From Alphaproteobacteria bacterium (GTDB lineage Bacteria; Pseudomonadota; Alphaproteobacteria; UBA828): a DNA stretch of 64,000 nt. The notes under the pieces are model-generated. The model searched no databases. It was not told the DNA's origin and was given only the letters and a program-made list of their open reading frames with translations. This document shows positions 10,221 to 21,153 of the stretch, one piece after another; within the stretch, counting starts at the first letter, position 1, and each line of letters starts with the position of its first letter. Position numbers and translations under genes: made by a program. Where the stretch lies: positions 672,001 through 736,000 of the forward strand of contig CBDCCI010000002.1 of assembly GCA_965214705.1 (NCBI GenBank), given 5' to 3'.

Positions 10221-10550
10221 ATGATCGTCATTCGAGAATACATCGATCTCGACGGCCGCAGTCCCTATGCGAGATGGTTCAACCGGCTCAATGCCCAGGC
10301 AGCGGCCAAGGTGGCGACGGCCCTGGTCAGGCTGGAGCAGGGGAACCTCTCCGGCGTCAAGGGAGTTGGCGCCGGTGTCTTCGAGCACAGGATAGACTAC
10401 GGTCCCGGCTATCGGATCTATTTCGGCAAGGATGGCGCTGCGCTGGTCATCCTCCTGGGCGGCGGAACGAAGAGGCGGCAGCGGCAGGATGTCGAGGCCG
10501 CACGGGGCCGCTGGCGGGACTACAAGCGGCGCAAGAGGCAAGAAGGCTGA
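10221..10550 (+). CDS. Type II TA toxin, RelE/ParE/HigB-like (addiction module killer)
   Basis: GNLSGVKGVGAGVFEHRIDYGPGYRIYFGKDG..LLGGGTK..Q.D signature. Confidence 0.9.
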   Translation: MIVIREYIDLDGRSPYARWFNRLNAQAAAKVATALVRLEQGNLSGVKGVGAGVFEHRIDYGPGYRIYFGKDGAALVILLGGGTKRRQRQDVEAARGRWRDYKRRKRQEG

Positions 10551-10555
10551 GAACC

Positions 10556-10873
10556 ATGCCCCTGACGCGGGACTTCAAGGAAACGATCCAGGCGCGCATC
10601 GAGCGCGATCCGGCCTTCCGTGAGGAGCTGTTCAAGGAGGGAGTCGAGTGCTTGCTGTCGGGCGATGTGGACACCGGCAAGGCGGTCCTGCGCGACTACA
10701 TCAACGCCACGATCGGGTTTCAGGAGCTGGGCGGATTGACCGAGAAGTCGCCCAAGAGCTTGATGCGCATGTTCGGCCCCAACGGTAATCCGCAGGCGAG
10801 GAACCTGTTCGAGGTCATCGGCCGCCTTCAGGAACGCGAAGGACTTCACCTCAAAGTGCAAGCGGTTCGTTAG
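10556..10873 (+). CDS. Cognate HTH antitoxin
   Basis: MPLTRDFKETI..LRDYINATIGF..KSLMRMFGPNGNP; directly downstream of toxin. Confidence 0.85.
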   Translation: MPLTRDFKETIQARIERDPAFREELFKEGVECLLSGDVDTGKAVLRDYINATIGFQELGGLTEKSPKSLMRMFGPNGNPQARNLFEVIGRLQEREGLHLKVQAVR

Positions 10874-11018
10874 GGTCTTCGAGATATCACACAAAGGCTA
10901 GAGACGTTATCTCTACGGACGCAATAGTATCTCCTTAAAGAAAGAAACCATCATGACTCACTTCTGTTTTAGGCACTGCTGTAAGAGAATTTGAAGACTG
11001 AATTGCGAGAACATCCCA

Positions 11019-11879
11019 ATGCCCGACACAACATCAGTCGTTATGAGAAAATTCGCCTTCCAGCATCCCAAGTCAGCGAAATTGGAATATCGAGGAAATT
11101 CCGAATTTCTGGCTATCGACTGTCCATCTACGCTCGCAGCATTTTACGCATTTTGCAATGGACAATCTGCGGACTGGCGAATCTTCCTACGAGGATGCAC
11201 GGAAAACCATGCGACGGCGTACCCTTCACTCTTTCGACGGCTCCCGGTTGACGATTCTGTGTGCGAGCGGACGAGGCGTTGGCAGGCATACAAAGATGTT
11301 CTCCTCAATCTCCAAAACCTTGAAGGACGACGGTGGCGTCGAAAGGACTTGGGCGCGGTTCTCCAACACTATGGTGTCAAGACGCCCTGGCTCGATGTCG
11401 TACGAAATCTCTACTCCGCGATTTGGTTCGCTACACACGAATTGCGGGGAAGCGGGCTTGCCGGCGAAGTGAAGCCAACCGCAAAGGACTACTGTTGGAT
11501 ATCTTTCTTCCGTCGAAGAGCCCAGGCAACAGGGAGGCAGTTGCGAGTGAAGGATATTTCCGCTCATCACTCTTCGGCACATCTCAGGCCGCATGCCCAA
11601 CACGGCAGCTCTCTAGCAATGCAGAAGGACGACGTTGAGACACCCCACCCCTGTCAAGATTTCAGCGCGTTCCGGATCGCGCAAATTCGCATACCTAATG
11701 GCACAGAATGGAAACTTTCGGGCTTCATGGCTTCGACTCCGTTCATGTTCCCGTCGCGTGACTTGGATGATTCACTACAGCGCCTCAGTATTCCTGTAGT
11801 TCAGGAGATATTGGATGGAGCCTGTTCAAAGTTCAGTATCCGCCCCGGAACCCTCGGAAAGATCTCCAGTTATCGCTGA
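11019..11879 (+). CDS. FRG domain protein
   Basis: FLRG, PSLFR, LQHYGVKTPWLD..AIWFA; lower GC than flanks. Confidence 0.8.
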   Translation: MPDTTSVVMRKFAFQHPKSAKLEYRGNSEFLAIDCPSTLAAFYAFCNGQSADWRIFLRGCTENHATAYPSLFRRLPVDDSVCERTRRWQAYKDVLLNLQNLEGRRWRRKDLGAVLQHYGVKTPWLDVVRNLYSAIWFATHELRGSGLAGEVKPTAKDYCWISFFRRRAQATGRQLRVKDISAHHSSAHLRPHAQHGSSLAMQKDDVETPHPCQDFSAFRIAQIRIPNGTEWKLSGFMASTPFMFPSRDLDDSLQRLSIPVVQEILDGACSKFSIRPGTLGKISSYR

Positions 11880-11945
11880 CCACTATCCGTTTGTAGCACG
11901 CAGGTCCAAGTTCTTTCTTTCAATTCTCATCTAAGTTAAGCAGCG

Positions 11946-14043
11946 TCACTTGGCGTGCCCGCTCAGGAAATACTCCGGCAGTTTCGTCCCCCACTCGCTC
12001 ATCAATATGAGGGCGCAGTGAACGGTCTCTCCGGTGTTCTTGACGAGCTCAAGTTCACCGGCTGGCGCGCAGTCGTCCCATGCGAAGTTGTCAGATAGGA
12101 ATGACAGCATTTTGCGCTTATAGGCAGTGTCGAGATTGTCGAGCTGATCGCCCTTGGTCTCGAGAACGACAATACGACTGGTGCTCCCGTCCGTCTGCAT
12201 CGCGAAGATGAAGTCGGGATAGATCTTGTGTCTCTTCCAGCCCTGGATTCCATACTGCGTGCGTGCGACGTTACGGTGCCACCACGTCAGCGCTTTCTCG
12301 CCGTCGAGATGGACGGCCACGTCTCGCTCGTCGCGGTTTAGATCGTTCTCGTAGACCGGCGCGAACAAGCTCTTTTGCAATGGGCCACCCGTTCTGCCTA
12401 CAAGTTGGCGTGCGTTGGCCGGCTCCGTGGTGTCCATATGGAACGGCATTCGCCAATTCCGGCCATCGAGACGCAAGCGGAACTGAATGCGCTCCGCGGC
12501 AACTTCATTCCTGAAGATGGCCTCCGCCAGACGGTCGCGCTCAGCGTCCAACTCCTTGCGCATCTCTTCGACGATTAGGCTTGCGAGTATCCCCAGCTTT
12601 CGGTCGTCGAAGCTTCGTTCATGCAGCGCGGTCAGCAAGCGGCCGACAATCTCGCGCCCTACAAAGGGGTTGGGAACGATATCCAGAATCATGCGTGCCG
12701 CGTAGGCAGGATCGAAAACGAGGACTTCGTTGCTCCCGGCGACTGTCTCGCCCACGAAGGCGTCGTCCCCGCCTTCTGCGAGCCTTATGCGTTGCAGTTG
12801 GCTCTCTGCCGCCTGCGCGTCTTCGGGAATGCGGGCCGCAATGTCCTTCGGGTCGAAGCTCCGCCAATCGATACGGGAGAGAACATCGGTTTCGTAGTCG
12901 AGTTCACGCGCTTCGCCATCGTCCGCGATCATCACCTTCGGTAGGTAAATTTCCGTCGACTTGAAGGCGGGACGCCGATCGATCTTGCGGCTCCCATTAT
13001 CGTCTCCGCCCGTGTCTTCCTGGGACACCTCCAAGATCAAATCGCTGAGGCCGTCCTGCTCGAGTCCCTTCTTGATAGCCCCCACGACGGCACGCGTCTC
13101 AGCGTGATGAGTGATGATGTGGCATTCGTCGAGAGCATCGACGTGAGTCTTCATCGCCCCTGGCTGACGAAGAATGCGACCGACGAGCTGAGTCAATGCG
13201 TGCTGGTTAGTGCTCGCTGCGAGCGCGCAAAGCACGTAGGCGAAGGGGCAGTCCCAACCTTCCTGAAGTGCTTGCTTCGCTATGATCGCCCGCACCCGGT
13301 TCATCGGCGACAGAAGATTCTGGTTCTCCGGCTGACGGAGGTCGTTGCGCTCGGCCGTCTTGATCGCGATTTCAGCCTCGTCGAACCCGGCGGTCAGAAG
13401 CCAGTCCCTCACGTCATCGGCGTGGATATGGCCGCTGTCTCGCTGCTCCTTCCCTGTGCGTTCAACCTGGATCAGCATGATCGGTCGGATGTAGCGATTG
13501 CTATCGGCGCGAAGCTCTTGAGCTGCGGCGCCTAGCGCGTCCAATTTGACGACGGCGGTGTTGAGCGTCGCGCGCCAATCAGTGCCTTGCCGGGGGTCAA
13601 GGTTGAGGGGCATCTTGATCATGCCCTCCAGGTCCAGCTCCCGGCCCGTCACCTCGACCAGTAGATTGGCATAGCGGCCAGGCCTCGGGCTCCTGCCGCC
13701 TCGCGGTTGCACATCCTTCGGGGTCGCCGTCAGCTCCAACACGAAGCACGGGTTGAAGCCGTAGAGCGTATTGAACGCGAGATCGGAGATCGCCCTGTGT
13801 CCTTCATCCAACACAACGATGGGGCGAATGATCCGCAAGGCGTTGCCGAGCGAATCCTTCACCATCGGGAACATGCCGCGATAGGCGTCGAGGTTCGGCG
13901 TCCGGTCCAGCACTTCCTTATGCGCCTGCTGCTCGCCTTCAGGCGGGAAGAAGCCGTGCACATCCCCTCGGTCCTGAAACATCTTCAGCGACTCTTGGGT
14001 CTCCCGGTTCGCCGATTGCAGCATCAGGAGCATGACGCACAAG
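11946..14043 (-). pseudogene. res: Type III restriction endonuclease Res, C-terminal part (interrupted)
   Basis: DEGH, ELTATP, EGWDCP, QLVGRILRQP, YPDFI..ETKG; joins 21120-21153 and 23367-23847 in frame (KTDRLDARDIDNNLCVMLL) once the ISs are removed. Confidence 0.9.
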
Positions 14044-14350
14044 GTTAAGGGTTGGGCAGGCTCTCTCTCGAGAGCCTGCCCAACCCTTTTGAACGAAGCC
14101 GCGGGCCACGAGAGGCGAAGTTGAGCTATGTGGAAAGTGCGCTGATGTCAGCGTCAGGCGGCATCCACCGGCAGCAGAGTTGCGCATAAAATCGACGCTC
14201 GCGCCGGTCTTTCGGCAGGCATGCGGGCGCACGCTGCGAGGACTGAGCGGGGTGTGAGCCGAGGGCTGTCAGCCCGGCTCAAGCGGAGACAGGTTCGGTC
14301 GTGCGTCGGCGCTTTGGCGCCGTTGCGCGGGGCCGAAGCGAGCGGGCGTC

Positions 14351-15403
14351 TCACGGTTTCCCCCTGTGGGTCGGCGGCAGCGCCGGCGGGCCGCGCGTCG
14401 AGCGGGGCTCATGGCGGCGGCGGATTTCGCGGACGAGGCGCATGACGCCGCCGCAGTGGGGGCAGGCCACGGGCGCGGTGCCGATCTCGGGCTCTTCGTC
14501 GGGCTCGGCCCGAGCGCCGTCCACGCTTCCCTCGGGGGCGGCGCAGCCGAGGGCGCCGAGAGCCTGGCGTGCTCTCTCCAGCGTGCTGGCGCGGCAGCCG
14601 TTGGCGAGGATGCCGAAGTAGCGAATGCGGTGCATGCCGTCCGGCAGGACGTGCCTCAGGAAGCGGCGGATGAACTCGTCGGCGCTCACGGTGGCGATGC
14701 CGTAGCGCGGCTTTCTCTGCCCCGGCGCCTTGGGCTTTCGGTGGCGGAAGGAGACCGTCTCGCCGTCGAAGGAGACGATGCGGCTGTCGGAGATGGCGAT
14801 CCTGTGCGTGTAGTGCGAGAGGTACCGGAAGACCTGCTCAGGCCCGCGGAAGGGCCGCTTGGCGTAGACCACCCAGTCCCTGGCCCGGGCGGCGGCAAGC
14901 GTGGCGTGGAACTCGCCGGGATTGGCGAGGTGGGCGAGGGTGCCGTGGAACTCCAGGTCCCCCCGGCCGTGGGCGCGGGCGAGCTCCTCGAGGAAGAGGC
15001 GGCGGAACAGGCTGCCGAGGACCTTGACGGGGGCGAGGAAGGTGGTGCTCCCCGTCTTCCACTCGCCACTGTCTACGTCGAAGCCCGCGTTGGGCACGAC
15101 CACGTGCAGGTGCGGGTGGAAGCGGAGCTTCTGATCCCAGGTATGGAGGACCGCGGTGCCGCCGATGCGCATGCCGCCGTGGCGGGGATCGGCGGCGATG
15201 GTGCGCAGGGTCTCGGCGACGGCCCGGAAGAGGATGTCGAACACCACCCTGCGGTTGCAGAAGGCAATGGCGGCAACCTCCTTGGGCAGGGTGAAGACCA
15301 CATGGAAGTAGGGCACCGGCAGGATGTCCCCGGCGCGCTCCTCGCTCCAGAGGTTGGCGGCGAGACCCTGGCAGGTGGGGCAGTGGCGGTTGCGGCAGGA
15401 GTT
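14351..15403 (-). pseudogene. IS91-family transposase, C-terminal part (N-terminus at 19814-20002)
   Basis: NSCRNRHCPTC, HTW..HPHLH, YLSHY; one visible aa difference from 56226-57467. Confidence 0.9.
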
Positions 15404-15479
15404 CTTATGAGCTCTCTCCGCAAGGCCCGGCTTCATCTACGTCAATGGCATTCGCAATCTCTCCACTCGAATCCGCGGC

Positions 15480-15748
15480 CGATGTCCAGGCAGAACGTCG
15501 TTTCCACGCAGCGATCCGCCACGCTGCTCAGCTCTTATCCGGTTCGGAACTCCGGCGCTTGCCGGCTCCGTGACCCCAATACCGCATCCAAGCGGTGGTG
15601 ACGTTCCGGGAGGCGGGACCCATCTGTAGAACGGTGCCAAGCGGCGACCCAACTCTTGCCCGGTCACACGCCTTGCCCGGCATCCTCCGCGGCCGCGTCC
15701 GACCACGTCGGAACCTCCTGTATTTTCCCGTTCGTTCGGCCGGTGCCC
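15480..15748 (-). ncRNA. Putative bridge/seekRNA of the IS110 element (boundaries approximate)
   Basis: 3' non-coding region contains segments matching both halves of the insertion target (15650-15660, 15625-15634) and the donor junction (15579-15583, 15532-15538). Confidence 0.65.
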
Positions 15749-15935
15749 TCAGGAGACGATGGCGCCCTCAGGCACCAGTCCTTGGGTGGCATAGCGCCAC
15801 AGCGCGATCAGCAGCTTGCGCGCGACCCCCACGATCGCCCGCTTCCTCGCTCGCCGGTCCCTCCCGCCACCGGCATCCCTGGCGACGTAGGCGTGGAACC
15901 ACTTCGTGATCGCGCTTTCCGGTTGCAGCTTCAGC
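15749..15935 (-). pseudogene. IS110 transposase, C-terminal fragment
   Basis: LQPESAITKWF..RARKRAIVGVARKLLIALWRY..G.VPEGA. Confidence 0.85.
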
Positions 15936-16025
15936 GTAAGCGGTATCGGGCCCCCATACTTCCAGCGGATCTGATTTCGGGGCTGACTCTCCGCCTTGAC
16001 CACGAGCCACACAGGAGAGATCGCG

Positions 16026-16451
16026 ATGACAGATTCGATTTTGGCATCTGGCGACGGTGTCGCTGTTGCTTCGGTTGAGATCCCAGCTTCTGAGGGAGCC
16101 GCCCCGGCTCCGTCTGAGCCGGCCCCCATGCGACGCTGGCCGGACGATGAGAAGGCGCGGATTGTCTCGGAGAGCTTTGAGCCGGGCTCTTCGGTTGCGG
16201 CGGTCGCGCGCCGCCATGGCGTCAGCGATACGACCCTGACCAAGTGGCGGCGGCGCGCGCGGGAGGGAACTCTTCCGGGCGCTCGGATTGGTGGCTCTGC
16301 ACCGCCATTTGTTCCCGTGGTGGTTGATAGCGTGACGTCCGAGCGGACGGTGGCGATCGAGGCGCTAGGCGTGGTCGTTCGCCTTCCGGTGGAGAGCGCG
16401 GTCGATCGGATTGTTGCGGTGGCCTCGGGCCTGGGCCGGGCGTCGTCATGA
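16026..16451 (+). CDS. tnpA: IS66 TnpA (HTH_Tnp_1)
   Basis: RRWPDDEKARIVSESFEPGSSVAAVARRHGV..WRR. Confidence 0.9.
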   Translation: MTDSILASGDGVAVASVEIPASEGAAPAPSEPAPMRRWPDDEKARIVSESFEPGSSVAAVARRHGVSDTTLTKWRRRAREGTLPGARIGGSAPPFVPVVVDSVTSERTVAIEALGVVVRLPVESAVDRIVAVASGLGRASS

Positions 16452-16798
16452 TCGCGGCCCCCTCGCTTCGCATCGTGTTGGCGACGCGGCCGGTTGATTT
16501 TCGTCGCGGCCACGACGCGCTTGCGGCGACGGCGGCGGGGGAGCTGGACCTCGATATCTATTCCGGGGTGATCGTGATCTTCCGCTCGCGCCGCGGCGAC
16601 AGGCTCAAGCTCCTTGCGTGGGACGGCAGCAGTCTGGTGATGACCTACAAGCGTCTGGAGCAGGGCCGCTTCGCCTGGCCTCGGATCGAGGATGGTGTGA
16701 TGCGCCTTACGAAGGGCCAGTTCGAGGCCCTCTTCGAGGGTCTGGACTGGCGCCGGGTGAAGGCCCGCCCGGTTCGCCGCCCGCTGGCGGCGGAGTGA
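16448..16798 (+). CDS. tnpB: IS66 accessory protein TnpB
   Basis: PVDFRRGHDAL..FRSRRGDRLKLLAWDG..KRLEQGRFAWP. Confidence 0.93.
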   Translation: MIAAPSLRIVLATRPVDFRRGHDALAATAAGELDLDIYSGVIVIFRSRRGDRLKLLAWDGSSLVMTYKRLEQGRFAWPRIEDGVMRLTKGQFEALFEGLDWRRVKARPVRRPLAAE

Positions 16799-16891
16799 GG
16801 CGGCACGCAGGCGGGGCCGCAGATTTCGGTCGCGGTCCCGCCTGCACTTTTCCCTGGTCATGCATTGGCGAATCGGATTAAGGGGTGGCCC

Positions 16892-18607
16892 ATGCCGAAG
16901 GTCACGCCCTCACCCCTCAGCAGCGCCGGTTCGCCGTCGCCTGCGGTGGTTTCGGCGGCGCTGGCGGCCCTGCATGCGGAGCTTGACGACGAGCGCGCGG
17001 CGCGCCGGGCGACGGAAGCAGCCCTATGCGAAGCGGAGCAGGCACGCGGCGCGGCGGAGGCGGCGAGGCAGACGGCGGAAGCGCGGGCGGCACGGCTGGA
17101 GGCCGAGAACGCGCAGAGCGCGGAGCAGATCAGCCGGCTTGAGCATCTCAACAAGGAGCTCAGGAAGGCGCTGTTCGGTCCGCGCTCCGAGAAGCTCGGC
17201 GAGGACGAGCGCCAGCTTACGTTCGAGGAGTTTTGGGCGGCGATCGCTGAAGCCGGCGGTCGGCCCGAGGCAGATGACCAGGAGCAGGACGAGGGGGCTG
17301 GCGGCAAGCGCCGGCGGCGCTCTTCCCGGGGGTCGCGCAGCGGGGTGCGCTTCGGGCCCCAGGTCGACCGGCGCGAGGAGGTGATCGAGCCGGACACGAT
17401 CATGTGCCCCTGCGGCTGCGGCGAGATGACGAAGATCGGCGAGGACCGCAGCGAGCGGCTGGACTATGAGCCGGCGAAGTTCACCGTCATCGAGACCGTG
17501 CGCCCCCGCTACGCCTGCAACAAGTGCAAGGGGGGCGGGGTGGTGCAGTCGCCGGCGCCGGCCGCTCTGGTCGAGGGCGGCCTTCCCACCGAGGCTCTTC
17601 TGGCGCAGGTGCTGATCGCGAAGTACGGCGATCATTGCCCGCTCTATCGCCAGTCGCAGATCTACGAGCGCTCGGGGATCGAGGTTCACCGTGCGACGCT
17701 GGCGACGTGGGTGGGCCAGGCGTCGTTTCACCTGCGCCCCGTGGTCGCTTGCCTGGAGGATGAGCTGAAGAAGTCGGATCACCTGGGTCTGGACGAGACC
17801 ACGATCCGCGTTCTCGACCCGGGCCGGGGCAAGACGAAGACGGGCTACATGTGGACCCTTGTGCGTGACGAGCGCCACTGGAGCGGCACGGACCCGCCGG
17901 GCGTCGTCTATCGCTATGCGCCCGGCCGCGGCGGCAAGTATGGCGCCGAGCTTATGGAGGGCTTTTCGGGGACGGTGCAGCTCGACGGCTACTCGGGCCA
18001 CAACATCCTGGCGCGGCCGGACCGGGCGGAAGGCCCTGTGACGCGGGCCCTCTGTTGGGCGCATGTAAGACGGAAGCTGAAAGAGGTATACGACTCGAGC
18101 GCATCGCCGATCGCGCTGGCCGGTCTGAATCGGATCGCGAAGCTCTATGCGATCGAGAAGAAGATCCGGGGCAAGCCGCCGGCGGAGCGCCGCGCGATCC
18201 GTTGGGAGGAGTCGGCGCCGATCGTGAACACCTTCGGTGTCTGGCTCGACGAGCAGCGCTCGCGCGTCTCACCGCGCTCGCGTCTCGGCGAGAAGCTGAC
18301 CTATATCGCCAACCAGTGGGACGGGCTGCTGGAGTTCCTGCACGACGGTCGTGTCGAGATCGACTCGAACCTGGTGGAAAACCGAATCCGGCCGCTGAAG
18401 CTCACCGCCAAGAACGCGCTCTTCGCCGGCAACGACGAGGGTGCGCAAGCCTGGGCCCGCATCGCCTCGCTGATCGAGACCTGCAAGATGAACGGCGTCG
18501 AGCCCTACGCCTGGATGCGGAGCACGCTCGAGAAGATCGCCAAGGGCCACCCGCAGTCGGGCATCCAGGAGCTTCTGCCGTGGAACTTCCAGCCCGAGGC
18601 AAAATGA
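16892..18607 (+). CDS. tnpC: IS66 DDE transposase TnpC
   Basis: FGPRSEK, CPCGC zinc finger, KYGDHCPLYRQ, DET, CWAHVRRK, DSNLVEN, ELLPWN. Confidence 0.95.
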   Translation: MPKVTPSPLSSAGSPSPAVVSAALAALHAELDDERAARRATEAALCEAEQARGAAEAARQTAEARAARLEAENAQSAEQISRLEHLNKELRKALFGPRSEKLGEDERQLTFEEFWAAIAEAGGRPEADDQEQDEGAGGKRRRRSSRGSRSGVRFGPQVDRREEVIEPDTIMCPCGCGEMTKIGEDRSERLDYEPAKFTVIETVRPRYACNKCKGGGVVQSPAPAALVEGGLPTEALLAQVLIAKYGDHCPLYRQSQIYERSGIEVHRATLATWVGQASFHLRPVVACLEDELKKSDHLGLDETTIRVLDPGRGKTKTGYMWTLVRDERHWSGTDPPGVVYRYAPGRGGKYGAELMEGFSGTVQLDGYSGHNILARPDRAEGPVTRALCWAHVRRKLKEVYDSSASPIALAGLNRIAKLYAIEKKIRGKPPAERRAIRWEESAPIVNTFGVWLDEQRSRVSPRSRLGEKLTYIANQWDGLLEFLHDGRVEIDSNLVENRIRPLKLTAKNALFAGNDEGAQAWARIASLIETCKMNGVEPYAWMRSTLEKIAKGHPQSGIQELLPWNFQPEAK

Positions 18608-18687
18608 CTCGCGCGCTCACGGCGCTCCTCAAGAAATCCCCGTCGTAGTCAAGCCAGATTCCGGTATGGGGTCTGCGTACCGCTTAC

Positions 18688-19705
18688 GCTTCAGCCAGCG
18701 CCAAGCCATCTGGATCATGTGCTTCCTGACATGCGAGGGGCCGGCCTTGCTGATGCCAAGATCGTGGTCGACATCTCCGCTCGCCCACGGCACCGACGTC
18801 AACCCGGCCCAGCTGCCCAACTCCCGGCGATTGCGGAAGTCCCGATAGAACACCTCGCCAGCCAGCAGTGTGGCGTCATTGAGGCCGATGCCATGGATGC
18901 GCGTAAGCGCCGCGATCATCGCCGTCCCGTCACGATTGGTCGCGTCCTGGGCTTTCCGGCCAGCCTTCAGCAGGGCCCTCTTCTCGGCCTCGATCATCTC
19001 GATATGCTCCTCAACCAGGCGAAGCATCCCCACCGCCCTCTCAATCTCTGCCCGCGCACGCGGCGGCAACGGCGCCCCATAGCCCGTCCGCGCGGTCGCG
19101 AGGCGTTCGAGGAAGTCCGGCTTGCGCGGCGCCAGATCGAAGATGCCGTGCAACTGCAAGAGCCCTTTGATCCGGTTGTTGACGCGGGTACGCTCGCTGA
19201 TCAGCGTGTCCCTCTCGCGCAGCAGGCGCTTGGCATCCTCCTGGTCCACATCGGGCACGCGCACCCAGGACATGGCCTCCGAATCGCCTTGGTCCCATGC
19301 CTTCAGAGCCCGAACCATCCTCCTCGCGTCGATACGGTCGGTCTTTTTCTTCTTGGCGCGCCGGTTCACCCGCAGGCTCGCCGGATCGTTCATGAAGATA
19401 TCGATCTCCGCGTCACGGCGCTCGATATCGCGGGCAAGCCAGAACCCCTCGTAGCCCGCCTCGTAGGTCAGCATCACCCGAGGACGGGCGCCGAGCTCCC
19501 TCGCCACCCGTTCCCGCACCGACCCGACGAGATCCAACAGTCCCGCCGTGTCGGCAGCAGCCAGTGTGTGGATGCTGATGCTGCCACCCGAGGCATCCGG
19601 GCAATGCACGCCAACGATCCACGATTTGAGGCTGATCTCCACCGCGACATAAATCGTGCTACTACTTGCGCCTGTCAGCGCGGTCGTGTCTGGACCATCC
19701 GACAT
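18688..19705 (-). pseudogene. IS110 transposase, N-terminal part
   Basis: VAVEIS, YEAG, KTDRIDA (DEDD-type RuvC domain), GIG, AGLTSVPWASG, GISKAG. Confidence 0.9.
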
Positions 19706-19813
19706 CCGTCCACTCCGTTGTTGACGATTCCGCTCGGAGAGAAGGTGCTGGCCTTCTCTCCGAGCTTGTCTAACCGCCAGAATCGATTCGGTGCCACCGT
19801 GCTCATGGTATCT

Positions 19814-20002
19814 GAAGAGCGGATGCTCGCGCCCGCAGCCCTCGCAGGCGTACATGTGGCCGCCGAGCACGGCGGTGCGGCACGCCTCGATGGCGCCCAT
19901 GACCTTGAGCCGGGCGGCGTCGATGCGCCCTTTGTGGCGCTCACGGAAAGCGGCGCCGGCGCGGCGGAAGATCTCCGCCACGCCCGCGCGTTCGGCCTCC
20001 AC
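19814..20002 (-). pseudogene. IS91-family transposase, N-terminal fragment
   Basis: Identical to the start of 56226-57467 (..CRTAVLGGH..CEGC). Confidence 0.88.
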
Positions 20003-20008
20003 GCGCCG

Positions 20009-20887
20009 TCAGTTGCGCAACGCTGCGAAGCCTGAGATCGGGTGGTCGAGGCCCTCGAACATCTTGCCGGTGACGCGGGCGTAGTGACGGGTCGTGTTCG
20101 CGCTTCGATGGCCGAGCATGTCCCGGATCACCTCGATATCGCCGCCGCGCTCGAGGAGATGGGTCGCCGCCGAATGGCGCAGGCAATGGAAGGTGTAGCT
20201 GCGGTCGAGCTCGGCAATGTCGCGCGCCCTCCTGAAGGCGGCCTGCAAGGTCTCCGTTGCGATGGGCCTGTCGAGCGAGACGCCGTAGAAGAGCCAGCTC
20301 GTCGGACGCGGCCAGATGTTCCTGTAGTAGACGCGCAAGTAGTGGATGACGATGTCCGGCAACGGTGCCATTCTCTCGGTGCCGCCTTTGCCGGAGGGGA
20401 TGTGCAGCAGCTTCTTCTCCGACAGGATGTCGCCGACCTTGATGGCCAAGGTCTCGGAGATGCGGAGCCCGCCGCCATAGCCGGTGACAATGGCAGCACG
20501 GTGGCGGAGGTCGGGTGTCGCAAGGATGAGGTGCTCGACCTCCTGCTCCGACATGTAGCGCGGCAGCTTGCCGGGCTTCTTGCGGGAGCGCAGGCCGGCG
20601 ACATGGTCAGGCCAGCCGAGTGTGTCGATGTAGAGGAAGTTCAGCGCGGCGAAGGAGACGTTGGTCGTGCCCGGACTGAGCCCCTTGTCGATCCGCCCCA
20701 GGTACCACTGGCGCACCTGCTCGGCGTCGAGCTCGTCCGGCGAGGCGTCGTAGTACCTGGCCAGGTTCTTGATCTCGCAGATGTAGGCCTTGGACGTGCT
20801 CGCGGCCAGATTGGCGATGCGGAGCTGCTCCTCCATGCGCTGGCGAAGAGGGGTGACGGTGTTCGTGTCGCACGCGGTCCCGGTCAT
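20009..20887 (-). CDS. Tyrosine recombinase of IS91-like element (copy 1)
   Basis: GLRISE, KGG, HCLRHSAATHLLE, LGH, HYARV. Confidence 0.92.
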   Translation of the reverse strand: MTGTACDTNTVTPLRQRMEEQLRIANLAASTSKAYICEIKNLARYYDASPDELDAEQVRQWYLGRIDKGLSPGTTNVSFAALNFLYIDTLGWPDHVAGLRSRKKPGKLPRYMSEQEVEHLILATPDLRHRAAIVTGYGGGLRISETLAIKVGDILSEKKLLHIPSGKGGTERMAPLPDIVIHYLRVYYRNIWPRPTSWLFYGVSLDRPIATETLQAAFRRARDIAELDRSYTFHCLRHSAATHLLERGGDIEVIRDMLGHRSANTTRHYARVTGKMFEGLDHPISGFAALRN

Positions 20888-21153
20888 TATCGATCTCCCT
20901 GGATCGCGACGGCGCGCCGCCGGACCGATCCGGCGACGGTCCGTCGCAGGGGTCGATGCTAACCACTGGTGATCGGGAGGCTGCTGGGGATCCGCCACCC
21001 GACGGGCGGAGCGCCACTGACGCAACCGGGAAGCGAACGCACAGAACAAACGGCACCCGCGACGCCTCGGAAATGAATGAACTCTACGCCGCTAACTCCG
21101 CGTAGCGGCTTCGTTCAAGTTGTTATCGATGTCCCGCGCGTCGAGACGGTCTG

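Larger units (their letters stand above)
15936..18687 (+). mobile_element. IS66-family element
   Basis: TIR GTAAGCGGTA../..TACCGCTTAC; 8-bp TSD GCTTCAGC (15928-15935, 18688-18695); tnpA/B/C. Confidence 0.95.
15404..19813 (-). mobile_element. IS110-family (IS1111-type layout) element inserted in the IS91 transposase
   Basis: Ends defined (+/-1 nt) by comparison with the intact IS91 copy; no TSD; short subterminal IR ATGAGC/GCTCAT; long 3' non-coding end. Confidence 0.88.
14044..21119 (-). mobile_element. IS91-like element (tyrosine recombinase + Y2 transposase), copy 1, carrying nested IS110 and IS66
   Basis: Near-identical to 55109-57774; ori hairpin at ~14047-14088 next to target CAAG (CTTG on - strand); other end ..GTTCAAG. 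Confidence 0.92.

Noticed and set aside
18629-20002. 457-aa IS91/IS110 fusion protein
   Set aside because: Chance in-frame read-through created by the IS110 insertion and terminated inside IS66
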